A stretch of 64,000 bases of DNA, from positions 13,702,001-13,766,000 of the forward strand of contig NC_135760.1 in assembly GCF_052425735.1 (NCBI RefSeq). The letters run 5' to 3'. Both the position numbers and the translations under genes were made by a program. Source of the stretch: Oculina patagonica (Eukaryota). Positions 11,451 through 23,400 of this stretch are shown here, piece by piece. Under the pieces are notes generated by a model, which ran no database searches, was not told where the DNA came from, and was given only the letters and a program-made list of their open reading frames with translations. Position 1 is the stretch's first letter. Each line of letters begins with the position of its first letter.

Positions 11451-13080
11451 ATGTCTGTTGAGCTCGTCAAACACACCGGAGGGTGTCACTGTGGTAAAGT
11501 TCGGTTTGAGGCGTTAGCCAAGCCTGAGCTCACGGCTTACGACTGCAAGTAAGTGTTTACCAGATTTTCGTGACATGTACACCGCCCAAGGGTCCCCAAG
11601 AAAAAGGCGGAAAATCTTGAACGAAGTTAGCGCTCTACAGCGCTTCAACACAGGCTAAGGATTACAAGTTTCTATCTCCTGTGTTTATTTATTATATCGA
11701 AAGAAGGCGTACGGTTCTGTCAATGAAAAAGCGAGGTATATGCAATCTGTAAGATGTGCGTCAGTGCGTGACAATCTGCTGCGCGCTGCATGCGGGTGGC
11801 AATGATGTTGTGTGTCTATCAGCATTTTTGCAAAAGAAAATGTGCTGAGCTGCTTCTGATAATTTTAACAGGTCTTCAATATTTTCTGATATTTTTTCAA
11901 CAGCTGTACTATTTGTGTGAAGAAAGGAATGTTACTAGTTCTTCTTCCAAAGGAAAATTTTAAATTACTGCAGGTGAGTGATTCTTATACAGTATAAGAA
12001 AATCAAAATATGGTGTTAAAATTGGCTGAAATCTCCAAGTAAATTATGGTTCATGTAGTGGCAGGCCCGCAAGTGCTTACTGTAAAAGCACATCCAATGA
12101 TTGTGTGCCAGAGTAAATTGATAATGACCCACCCCTCCCCTCGAAAAAAAAATCTGAAGCACAGAATCACCCTGGACCTGTTGCTACAGTTCACGACAAG
12201 GCACATTTACTATTAAGGGATATGTGCACTCTAGGGTTGAGAAAAAAAAAACAATAATGGCATCATCATTCTATTTTCAGGCTCTAACAAAACTGATTTA
12301 GGCATTCCAGTCTTTTTTAGTTATTGCACCCCCTCTCGCCCTATACGTTATCCTGAGAGTGCCAGGATTTCCAAAGACAACATGCCCATGTCCGAAGACC
12401 TACAAACTGAAAGTATTCCAAAGATATTCAAAACCTATCTGGTTCCAGTCCCAGGAAGTGTTTTGCTAAACACTACCTTGTTCCCAATGCATTTCTTGTC
12501 AAAACTCAGCGGAGATTTTGGGGAAAGTATCGTCATTTACTCATTTTACACCGAGTTTTCGTTTGTCGCATTGGTTTGAGTTTATATTTTTTTTGGAAAG
12601 TGTGTTATGGTTGTAATTGCTCGCATTTTTCAACTAGGCGTGAGAAATTGGTTCAAGGCATGAGTTGGCGTGAGATCGAAGTTTTCAACTTGCAGGGGTG
12701 AGAGTTGGCAGGTATACTGCCCCTCTTTGGCTACATAATTTGTAGAAACCATCATGGTGGCTATAATGAATACGGCATATAAACTGCAACAAATTGGGCA
12801 ATTTTTTTTTCTTCTTGCTTATTAGGGAGAGGACAATATCTCCTGTTACACATACAACACTCACCAAGCTAAGCACTACTTTTGTAAGACATGTGGAGTC
12901 CAACCATTCTACCAACCTCGCACTAATCCTAATGGACGTGGCATTTCACTACGCTGTTTGGATGAAGGAACAGTGCAGAAAGCAAATATTGTTTCTGTTG
13001 ATGCCTTAAACTGGGACAACTGGCAGAAATACCTGGATGAAAATCCCAAGGCAAGAAACCTTACTGAGAACGTGGTGTAG
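11451..13080 (+). CDS. CENP-V-like / GFA-domain protein, divergent paralog A (140 aa), copy 1
   Basis: Exons 11451-11548, 11904-11973 and 12826-13080, all GT-AG, total 423 nt. Translation MSVELVKHTGGCHCGKVRFE...YDCNCTICVKKG...HYFCKTCGVQPFYQPRTNP. Confidence 0.92.
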
Positions 13081-13369
13081 TACAAGCCTGGCAAATTAGT
13101 AATCTATGCACCTACCTAGTATAGTATATAATTTCACTTTCACGTCAGTATACAATGAAATCCCGATTTTTTGAACCTCCAAGGGAGATGAAAATTGGTT
13201 TGAGAATTTAGGAAAATTGCAGTGTTCGACTTCGTGAAGCAAATTTATCCAAAGGAAACGACTCTTGGTTCAAGTCATCACGAGGTTTGAAAAATCAAGG
13301 GTTTGAAAATTGGGATTCCACCGTAGTTAATGGCAGTTCTGTTTTTAATAAAGCTATTGTGTAGTGAAG

Positions 13370-13612
13370 CAGGGCTGTAAGCAGGATTTTTTGATGGGTG
13401 GGTGCGAGCGCTGGAGGCCTGAGCTTCTTGGCAGGGGAGGGACGTGGTCTTGGGGTATTCTTCCCTTAGAAATTTAAAAAAATTGAGTTATTGAAGTCCA
13501 CATTTCCAGCATTCTGAGAGTCATTTAAACCCTCACTCCCCTATTAGGTGGACCTTTTTGGCCAATGGGGCGGTGCGGACGCACCCATTGCGGCCCCCTG
13601 CCTATGGCCCTG
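13370..13612. mobile_element. hAT-like MITE, copy 1 only
   Basis: CAGGGCTGTAAGCAGG ... CCTGCCTATGGCCCTG with flanks TGAAG/TGAAA. Empty site at ~47488 in copy 2. Confidence 0.65.
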
Positions 13613-14191
13613 TGAAACTCCCTAGGTCAGCAAACTCTAACATACAATGTATTATACATGGCTTTGTTACCTTCAGCATATTATAACGACCCATAGCATT
13701 GACCCAAACTATTAAATCAGTCTTCATGACTAAGTAATGCTAAGGTATCGTGTAGTATAGCTCTTTTTAATGGCTATGTCAGCAGATGATCATCTAGCTA
13801 TAAAATCTGTAACAAACTGTGCAGCATTAACTTTTGCATTCTGCTGTAAAGCGTAGTTTGCACTTGTTATGTTATGATGATGAGGTTGGGTTGGTTACAT
13901 GCTATGTATTTAACTAGGGTCACTCCTGTGTTGTACTTGTCTTTGATTATGAAGCGTGAAAAGTTGCTGTTGAAATGGTAAAACCGGTAGTGATTGCAAA
14001 ATAAAGTGCTTGAATTGGTTGCCCTGCAGAGTTTTACATGTCTACTTGGGTTTGTGAAAATGTCTTCCTGTGAAATAGCTGTAGTCCTGTGATTGTTCCC
14101 CATCCCAGGTGTGGTATATTTCAAAAGTTTTTGTTTGATACATTTATCATTATGTGAGCTAAAGGTCTTGACAAATGAGTTAAGGCACTGG

Positions 14192-14562
14192 CAGAGATTC
14201 CAACCCTTTGTAAGGGAAAATAGGGAGTATTATTAGCCCTGAAGGTGGGAACCTCTTGAGGGGTCTGGGGGCATGTTCCACCGGACAATTTTGCAAATTT
14301 AGGTTCTCTCAAGTGCCATTCCCGTCATTTTGACATCATTTCTGAGTTATTCTATAAGGTCTTTATTCTTTTCACAAACATTTTTGGTGCTTTTCTTTAC
14401 TTTTGTTACACTCAGATCGCAAAAAGTACTTAAGATTAGCAATTCTTTCCTTGTTTTCAGAATTTTATGATAAATCAGGAGAATCTCATAGAAATCGGGA
14501 GAGCATGAGGCAACGCATCAAATCGGAAGACTCTGATCAAATCAGGAGAGTTGGAACCTCTG
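14192..14562. mobile_element. hAT-like MITE with 6-bp TSD
   Basis: CAGAGATTCCAAC ... GTTGGAACCTCTG flanked by CACTGG on both sides. Confidence 0.75.
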
Positions 14563-15049
14563 CACTGGACATCATAAGGCTTCAGCTTTTTGAAGTTTTG
14601 TGTGAACAAAAAACCTACCAAGTCTGATTTTTTGGACTGAATCCATTTTAACATAGCCTAAAAGACAAGGCAACTGTTTTTTTTTTAATTAATGCATTTT
14701 CTTTATTATATTTTACTTTAACAGGACTATAACTTTATCAAAAGCAATGAAACTCTACAACAAAAAGCCTTTTTGAAGTATGATTGTTTTCACCTAGTGC
14801 AAATTGAGTGCATGATTTATTTATGGGGGGGGGGGCAAAGTTTTCTGTGCATATTTTACACATGCAGATACAGATATCTAAAAACTTAATGCCAAATTGA
14901 TTTTTGGATACTAAAGTCCTGTTGTTTTCCTGTGCAAAAGTCTTTTTAGCTCGCCACACAATCTTTCTTTTTTCTTGTGTGGGGTGCCAAAAGACAACTG
15001 TGTAAGAGACTAGTAAGAGACTGGTGTGGAGTTTTATTCCCCTTCAACC

Positions 15050-16747
15050 CTATTTCTTAGATCGTTCTTTGATTTCAGGATTTTCTGCAATGAATTTTTC
15101 CCAGTTTTTTCCATCACAAGCCTCTAGTTCCACACTCTCCACTGTACCCTCATCAAGGCAATGTGGCATGATTCCATAGCCATCTGGATTAGAACGAGGC
15201 ACGTAAAAGCTCTGCACCCCACAGGTCTTGCAGAAAAGGTGCTTGGCAGCACGAGTATTGAAAGTATAGCATGTTAAATGTTCTTTACCCTAAAGAAAGA
15301 GGAGATTGATAATATTAAATGGGCTACATGATTTTAAGCATTTGCCTGATGTACACAACATGATGGTGATTGTATTGGAGTACTCTAGAGGGCTTACCAT
15401 TTTGCATTTTAAATAGGCAGGTACAAAAGTCGGACTGGATCAACTTGGATTGTTGATTTGAATAAGAATAGCAGCTATTCAAGGACGAGGAAGATTTACA
15501 CAATAGATGCTATAATTTCTTATTCAAATCAATGATCCAAGATGATCCGTTCCGACTTTTGTCCCCACCCAATTTAAAATTCATCATGGATATGGAAGAC
15601 ACATGGAAGGGATTCATTGAAATGTAGTGCTGGTGGGATTTAGCCAACAGAGCAGGACTTTAAATTTTTTTTTAGACCAGAGGCGGCGGAGCGTTTTGGA
15701 ATGTGGGGGGTGGGGGGCTGAGACTGTCCCAAAAATACTCGGCAGGTTTTCATATTTGGAGAAACTTTTTTCTGTTCTAGTAACTTTTTGTTTTCTGAGC
15801 AGTTTCTAGACTGAAGATTCTCGGATTGTCGTTCCAGTGCCAGCCAAACTTTCCCAATCAGTTTTCGAAGTTTTCCAAAGATAAACGCACTTTCCCAAAG
15901 ACTTTCAAGGAAGTTTCACAGATGTTTGAACTCACTCACAAGACAGAATATCTTGACAAACCAACTTTACACTTAGCTCCTGAAATTTTCGGCACTAAAA
16001 CATGAGGGGGGGGGGGGGGGGCTGCTGAGCCCCAAATGTTTTGGGTTTCACCACCTATGTTAGATAAACAACTCAAGAGGCCCTCAAGTTATAAGTCAAC
16101 TTGCAAGGTCAGGAAAGAGAACATTAACAACAAGCTTGATCTGGTTGTTACCTCTAACAAGGTAAAGTCATCTTTTGGAACAATAAAATGCCTGTTTTGC
16201 TTCTTCTTGCAAATGCTGCAGCTGTCAGGGGGAAAAAAATGTTGGGGTGAAACAACATTAACCCACCAATGATTGATAGACATGCATGAAATGTTATAGG
16301 CTTACCAAAATTTTTGATCAGAATGAAATATAAACATAATGCATCTATCAATGTTTCGCTTCGCTGGAGGGAGGAGGGGGCATAGTTTTTTATATATCCC
16401 ACACCAGGGCATTTGTGGATAATCAAAAGAGACACTTAACGTAATAAAAGATACGCTAAAGGGTCGACTAAAATGGTCAAAAAATCCCAACAACGGAAAG
16501 ATAAATGTTGTCAAGTCCCCGCCTATGCACCCCACCAGTTTAACATTTGTCCCGGGTTTGGTAAATAACATTGTAAATAATTTCGCCATTATTTTTTCTT
16601 CCAGAAAGCTTAGGCATGAACTAAGCTCAAAATTTACTTGCAGTCGTAGACATGAATCACCGCAGGAGCCATTACTTCAAATCGAACCCTTCCACAATGG
16701 CAACCGCCCTTGTGTTTCACAAGCTGTTGTTCTTTTGCCTCCGCCAT
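15050..16747 (-). CDS. CENPV: Centromere protein V / GFA-domain protein, canonical paralog B (139 aa), copy 1
   Basis: Exons 16747-16638, 16221-16152 and 15289-15050, total 420 nt. Translation [15 protein letters not shown]...DCNCSICKKKQNRHFIVP...HLFCKTCGVQSFYVPRSNPDGYG...HCLDEGTV closely matches the vertebrate CENP-V core as I recall it. Confidence 0.93.
15415..15571. mobile_element. Palindromic MITE in CENPV intron 2
   Basis: ACAAAAGTCGGACTGGATCAACTTGGAT mirrors ATCCAAGATGATCCGTTCCGACTTTTGT. AT-rich flanks TTTTAAAT/ATTTAAAA. Confidence 0.6.
15678..16059. mobile_element. hAT-like MITE with 6-bp TSD
   Basis: CAGAGGCGGCGGA ... TTCACCACCTATG with flanks TTAGAC/TTAGAT. Confidence 0.55.
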
Positions 16748-16809
16748 GTTCAAAATCTTCCAGGCGCAACCAGCGAGCGCGCGGTTACTAAGGCCACCCT
16801 CCTGAGGAC

Positions 16810-17263
16810 GGCATATACTAAAACCCGAAACAACGAAACGAAACCACCGAAACGAAACCACCGAAACCACCGAAACGAGCGAAACGAAACCGCCGAAACA
16901 ACCGAAACGGCCGAAACGAGCGAAACGAAACGAAATCACCGAAACAAGCAAAACTTCAAGATTTTCGCCACTTACCATACTATACACCCCGTTTAGCCTA
17001 CTATACACTCTGATTAGCCTACTACACACTCCGGTTAGCCTACGTTTCACTTAGGTTAGCCTACTATGCACTCCGGTTAGTTTACGGTTAGCTCTCAATA
17101 ATTGTAATGGGTTTTGCTTGTTTCGGTGATTTCGTCTCGTTTCGCTCGTTTCGGCCGTTTCGGTTGTTTCGGCGGTTTCGTTTCGGTCGTTTCGGTGGTT
17201 TCGCTCGTTTCGGTCGTTTCGTTTCGGTGGTTTCGTTTCGTTGTTTCGGGTTTTAGTACATGC
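16810..17263. mobile_element. Foldback-like MITE built from CGAAAC repeats, inserted in the CENPV/GLT1D1 divergent promoter, copy 1 only
   Basis: GCATATACTAAAACCCGAAACAACGAAAC mirrors GTTTCGTTGTTTCGGGTTTTAGTACATGC. AGGAC is duplicated (16805-16809 and 17264-17268). Copy 2 has the empty site CCTGAGGACTACC (~49884-49896). Confidence 0.9.
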
Positions 17264-17450
17264 AGGACTACCGACCTACTCGTCCCAGGCCCTGTGAACG
17301 ACGTTGGTTGAGATCATCAAAAAAGATCGACGTGGAATCAGAGAATATTTGCACAACCTGTCTTCATCAATATGCAAATGTTGCATATTGATCATTTTCC
17401 TGTTCTCCTGAGCAGTTTGAAGAGTAAAATAACAAAAGTACCATAGATTC

Positions 17451-20400
17451 ATGAAGATCTTGCTTATTGCCTCGCTGACGTCGGAAACAGGGAATTGTTC
17501 CACTGCCGATCGAATAAAGTAAGTGTGATAATGGGGTGCTAATAAGTCTAATAAGTTTGTCTGAAGTTTTGCCGTGAATCTCAGCATTACCTGATATTAA
17601 GCTTGTCTACTTTTCTTTAACGCAAAATTTGATTGATACAGAGGAGAAAAGTTTTCCGTAGGCTCAGTCTAGTTCGGTTTTCGAATATGTTTTAATAACA
17701 CAACAACAACTTGTTCTGTAAGTTAATGTGTAAGTCTGACGTGTTACTCTTTGTTTTCACGTGTATTTTTAAAAAGACTTGCTTCCTACCGGTATATGTT
17801 CATTTGACCTTAACAGAAACACTGTGACCATAAATTAATTTTTGCAGACTTTCCAAGTAACATCTTTATGGTGCATGTAAACTTTTTACGATTAACTCTT
17901 GAGTGGGGGGGGGGGGGGTACTCCCATATGTAAATTAGGATTCTCATCGTCTCACTTAGGGGTATGGGGTAAATTACAGATTTTGGTCTCACTTAGGGAG
18001 TTCAGGACAAAATGCCAAGTTTTTTTTTAGCCAACAAGGTCTTGCTTAGGGTAAGAAAAAATGTTGTCATACTGTGTCAGCAGTATAGACTGATCAGGCA
18101 TGAAAAGTGATATCTTTTAGGGGTCCATATCAGGGGTCCATGAAAAGTGATATCCTTTAAGGGTCCATATCAGGGATCCATGAAAAGTGATATCTTTTAG
18201 GCATTAATGTTATACTGATGCTACATTTCATGTTCATGACGATTTTCAGGAGATGTCTGTGTGATTGTAACATTGATTGCTGGCTTCGCTGTGTTACCTG
18301 CTTCAAAGATGGTTTGTCGCTGAAGGAGTTTGTTCATACACATGGTCTTGAATGTGTCCTTGGTATTCATGCCTGGAGAGCTGGAAGGCTTTTATTAGGT
18401 AATGTATTCGCATTTTGTTGAAAATCACAAAAATGTTCAGGTTTATAATAGGAGGGGGAACACTGTTCAATGGAAGCTAAGGATATCATTTGACAAGAAA
18501 TCCAGAGTATTATCTAATGTTTCTCAGAAGAACAGATCATTTTGCCCAAATATTAAAGAATAACTTTTTGATGACTGGGGTGTGTTTGTGTGTTGGGGGT
18601 AAGGTGGGTTGGGGAGGGGAGGGTGTAAGGATGCCATAAAAATAGTGCAATATCAACACATGATTGACAAGCAGACAGGTGAAATTGATAAATAAAGTAA
18701 AATTTCAAACTTACTGCATTATCAAATACCTTTTAAGATAAATGCTTGTCTACACCAGATTGCCCTGTCCCATTTTCCATCATATTTGGAGGAACCGATC
18801 TTAATGAACACCACAAGGACAAGGAAAAGTTTGAGACCATGAGCAAAGTGGTGGAGAAGGCAAGGTAAATTTAATAATAAATTTGTTACACTAGCACTGT
18901 TATTGGGGTTGTCAATCATACATGATTTCAAAGCAAAAAGGAAAAATTGATTCAGGAGCCATTTGTTTAATAATTTAGCTGCTTAATGTATCTCAAATCC
19001 TGTGTCAAAACTTGCTGTCTTGATTTTGAGTTTTGTTTTCCATATCCAGAAAATACAAAAATATTTTTTTTGCATGTTGAAAAATGCTAGATATTTATGT
19101 GGTCATCCATTCGTGCATTTGATTGACCATTAAAATAGATTTCAAAAAGTTCTTGAAGACTGACTTGTCAAATAATTATGTTCACAAATCTGGTCACCTA
19201 GGAACACAGAAATTATGTTCTTACGTTTGAAGACGAAGGTTAAGGAAACATCAGGGAGAAAATAATTAATACTAACAGTGTAAGTACATTTTAATGTTGT
19301 ATTTCAGGTATCTTGTGGCGTTTAGCAGTCCAATGAAAAAGCAAGCACTTGATCTGTGGGTGAGGCATTAAGAGTGATCCTCAGTAAATATCATGGGCAG
19401 GGGCAGATCTAAGGGGAGGGTACAGGGGGTGCGCAGCCTTCCCCGAGATGACCTGCAGCTTTGTATTTGCTTTTAGAATTTGTTTACTTCACCAGTCAGT
19501 TCCACCATTCCTTAGTGGTGCACCCACCCCTAAGAGAAATCCTGGATCTGTCCCTGGTTGGATGACCTTAAACTCAACTTGTTGGTTCTTTGTAACAGCT
19601 TTATTCTCGACTTCTCTTACTACAACACATCAAGACACTCGAGAGAGCTCACAGCACACACTGCTCTCTGTACAATGTACTTGGTCATGTCACCCATTTG
19701 GCCCATAGCAACCACAGTGACCAGTGTCAATTGACAACATAGTAACACAACTTAACAGAAAACGGAATAAGTTCAGGAAGTGGGAGGGACATCAACCATA
19801 AGGCACAAAATGAACCTGATTTTTTTCAAACATGTTTCAAAGGTGTTTCAAACAGTTTTCCAACAGATTGCAAATTTGCTTCAAACAAAACTATCCTTCA
19901 GCTCTCTTATGATTTAAGCCCCCCTTTTCATTTGAAGGATAATTTTACATATTAAATAAATGTTCATTTTGTTTCACAGCCAAAGTGTGGAGAGAAGATA
20001 ATTTTACAGCCACAAGGTAGTCAATTTATTTTAACTTCTTTGATTTAAGATAACCCTCGCTGAAAAACTGCGGGAACTCCTTGGCTTGGTACAAACCCTG
20101 AGGTGGTGTTGACACCAACTGGCCAATAAAATATTGCCGTAAATTACAGGTGGTTGTGTAGTAATGAAGTTTTTTCAAAGGACTGGACATTGTTGATAAA
20201 AAAGCTGTGCTATTATCATTCATTTTTATCATTCCAAGGTGGCTTGGTAATAATACACACAGGCTTATTACAGTTTTGTTTCTTTCTTTTTTTCATATTG
20301 CAGTTTTCAGTGAAATGCGAACTCTGAATTTTAAAATCCAACAAAAATGTTTGGTTTTTTGCTAATATTTTATAATTATGGTGACAGCCAACAAAACATG

Positions 20401-23400
20401 GAAACAGAAACAAAGAAAATGGAGTGAAATCTACCACACAATTGACAGACTTGACCTTTTGACCCCGGTTGAAGTAAACTTCTGTTTCCCGAGAGGTCCA
20501 CTAATATGATTGACTGCAGCAAAAAGCGTAAACCGTTTATTGAGAATTAAATTTCAGCGTTCGCACATCACTGAAAACTGCAATGACGTTAATAAGTAAA
20601 AAACTGACAGAGAAAAAAATGTCACTTAAATTTTCTCATGTGTTAAAAAAAAAAAATTATGCATCATTTCAGCAGTTTATGTCAAGCCTTCATCAGGATT
20701 TAACTTCCACAACCACTTGAGACAAATCACTAGTAAGTAAATACAAACTGTTGTTAGTTATGCCAGATGTCTCTTGCTTAATGATTCCAAGACTTCTGTT
20801 ATTGTTTTTAATATTCATAATTTTTGTGGTTTTAAAATTTGTCTTTTTTTGCAGATCTAGATAACCATCTAGTTTCAAATGGTCACTGTGATACTGAGAG
20901 TCCTAGCTTGGTGGGTTTGCATTTAACTTTTTAAAAATTCAATTAAAAATTGTATAACTCCAATTAAAAAATTTTAAATTTCTAGTATTCAAAACAGGGT
21001 TGCCACGGTCAGGGAAAACTCAGGGAAAAACAAAGAATTTTCAAGATCAGGGAAAAGTCATGAAACTTTGCGAAAAAGACAGGGAAAATCTTAGTTCTTG
21101 TCAAAGTCAGTTACAAGTCAGGGAATTTTGTTTTCATGGGTTTAAGATCTTGTGAAAAATGTAAAGAGATCAAAAATGAAGAGAAGAATATATCATTATG
21201 GTCTGTTGAAAAAGCTGAAGCAAATGTAAAAGTGGATAAATTTGGCTTATTTGCTGGGGTTCTAGTAAGTGGCAACCCTACAAAAGTATATTTTGATTAA
21301 AATGGATAATTTTTGTTGGGACAGTTTTCAATTGTTGTTTAACCAATCAAACTAAGCTGCTGGCTGAAACAGGCATATTGTGCTCTTTTATAGCGATAAG
21401 TCCAGGGGTGGCTTTAGGGGTGCAAGACCCCACCCCTTTCCTCTTTTGGTTTTTTTAAGAAACGTTTTGTAATCAACTGTCTTTCAAATGGTGTGGTGTT
21501 ATGCAATCAGAATTCTGTAAACAGCATCTCCATGAAGTGAATTTTTTTATTTGAGGGGGTGGGGGAGGGGAGGGGGTTTGCACTTTTACCACCATTTCTT
21601 CAGCCCTGTCTTTCTGAATTTCCAGGATCCTGAAGTCCACCTCCTTGATGTACATACAAGTGCAGTTTGTCATTGCTGTAAGGTAAAGTAAAGTCTGTCT
21701 CCGAGCCATGAGGCCCATACAGCCGGAGCTTATCCCGGTTTCTGTAGCATTAAGCGACTAGGAGTATTGCTACTCCCCCCTGGATGGGATGCTAGTCCAT
21801 CACAGGGTTACCCCCCAGCAGTAAATTCGCCGGTACCCATTTATACACCTGGGTGGATAGAGGCACTGTGAGAGTAAAGTGTCTTGCCCAAGAACACAAC
21901 GCAGCGCCCCGGCCAGGCCTCGAACCTGGGCTGTTCGTCTCGGAGCCGAGCGCGCTAACCATTAGGCCACCGCGCCTCCCACCAGTTTGTCATTACTGTA
22001 CTTCATTAATATTACCATAAATATTTATTTTCATTTTCTTTTTCATACAGGTTGTGTTTCTGTTGGTTGCTGGTTTAAGACCTGTTAAAGATCCACTTTA
22101 CTTGGCAGCATCAATAGCAGGTGTGTAAGCAGTCAGTTGCTTGATGTCTTGAGCAGAAATCATCACAGATTAAAAGTAAAATTTGATACTCGGCCATACT
22201 AGGTCAAGTTAGATTTTAGAACATGTTCATTGACTGGACAGCTTTTTGACATTGTACGAGCAATCAAGATGAGCGGTGCAAGTTTGAGCCCTGAGGCCAG
22301 GGTCACTGTGTTGTGTTCTTGGGCAAGACACTTGACTCTCACAGTGCCTCTCTCCACCCAGAAGTATACCAGTAACTATTATAGGTTTTATCTTTATCAG
22401 TGATATCAAGTGTCTATAGAATCCTTGTGCATGCATTGTATGTGGCCATTGTCGTTATTGTTTATGAATATTTTTATTTAACTGTTCTTTAGAGTGGCAT
22501 AAGGAGGACAGCCGCATCCATTTGGTTTTAGTGGGACCAGAGGTGGGAATATATTTGTAACTGTACAATCCATTCAAAAAGTATTATAAATTATAATTAT
22601 TTCAACACATTTGCCTGTGAGAGAGGTAATGGACTGGACTTCCAGTCAAGCTGCCCGGGTCCAAGTGTCGGCCAGCTGGGTTATTGCTCCACACTAGGCT
22701 TGGGCAAATACTTTGAAACCTGTAAAATATCCAAACGTGTTATCTGTGAAACCATTGAAAGATTTAGAGATTAATAAATAAGATTTATATTAAAGGGAAC
22801 AATCTTTTATTTTGATTTTTTGTTGTTCTTTTCTGTATGATTTGCCACAGCTTGACACTGAGTTTGCGAGAGAGATCAAATACCAAGTCCAAAGGTACAA
22901 ATTGATGCTACCGGTATCTTCATGTACGACAAGGGAGTGTTTACTTTTTAACTGAGATTGTTGTTGCAGTTAATTCTAGAAACAGATGTCAGTAGTCGCA
23001 TGCTAGAACTGTAAACTATACATTAACAATTTTTATGAGAAATTTGTTCCAATTTCCAGGCACCTTTAGTTAGTTTCCATATAACAAAACAGATTTTAAA
23101 AAGAACAAAGAATCGTGACTTATTCAGCACGGAATCAAAAGGAGAAAGTTGATAAAATGCTTGACATGATTCCTATACTTAGAAACACAGTTGTTTCTCA
23201 TTCTATGTTGATTCCTGTTTGTTGCCAAAGAAATGCTAAAAATTGTGTACACTAAATCCATTTAATTAAATAATTCATTTTACTACATAAATATAAGAAT
23301 TGTAATTTTAATCTTAGCATAGTTAATTTAAATACACGACTCCACAAGCTTTTAGCTTTTATTATTGTCCTGTAGTACTTTTTCCTTGATTTAAAAATGC

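Noticed and set aside
12794-13009. ORFs such as MGNFFFFLLIRERTISP (also 46902 and 44565)
   Set aside because: They are off-frame readings of CENP-V-like exon 3.
16634-17311. 138-, 114- and 65-aa ORFs with repetitive RFGRF / ETAET sequence
   Set aside because: They are translations of the CGAAAC-repeat MITE. The true CENPV start is at 16747, as copy 2 shows.
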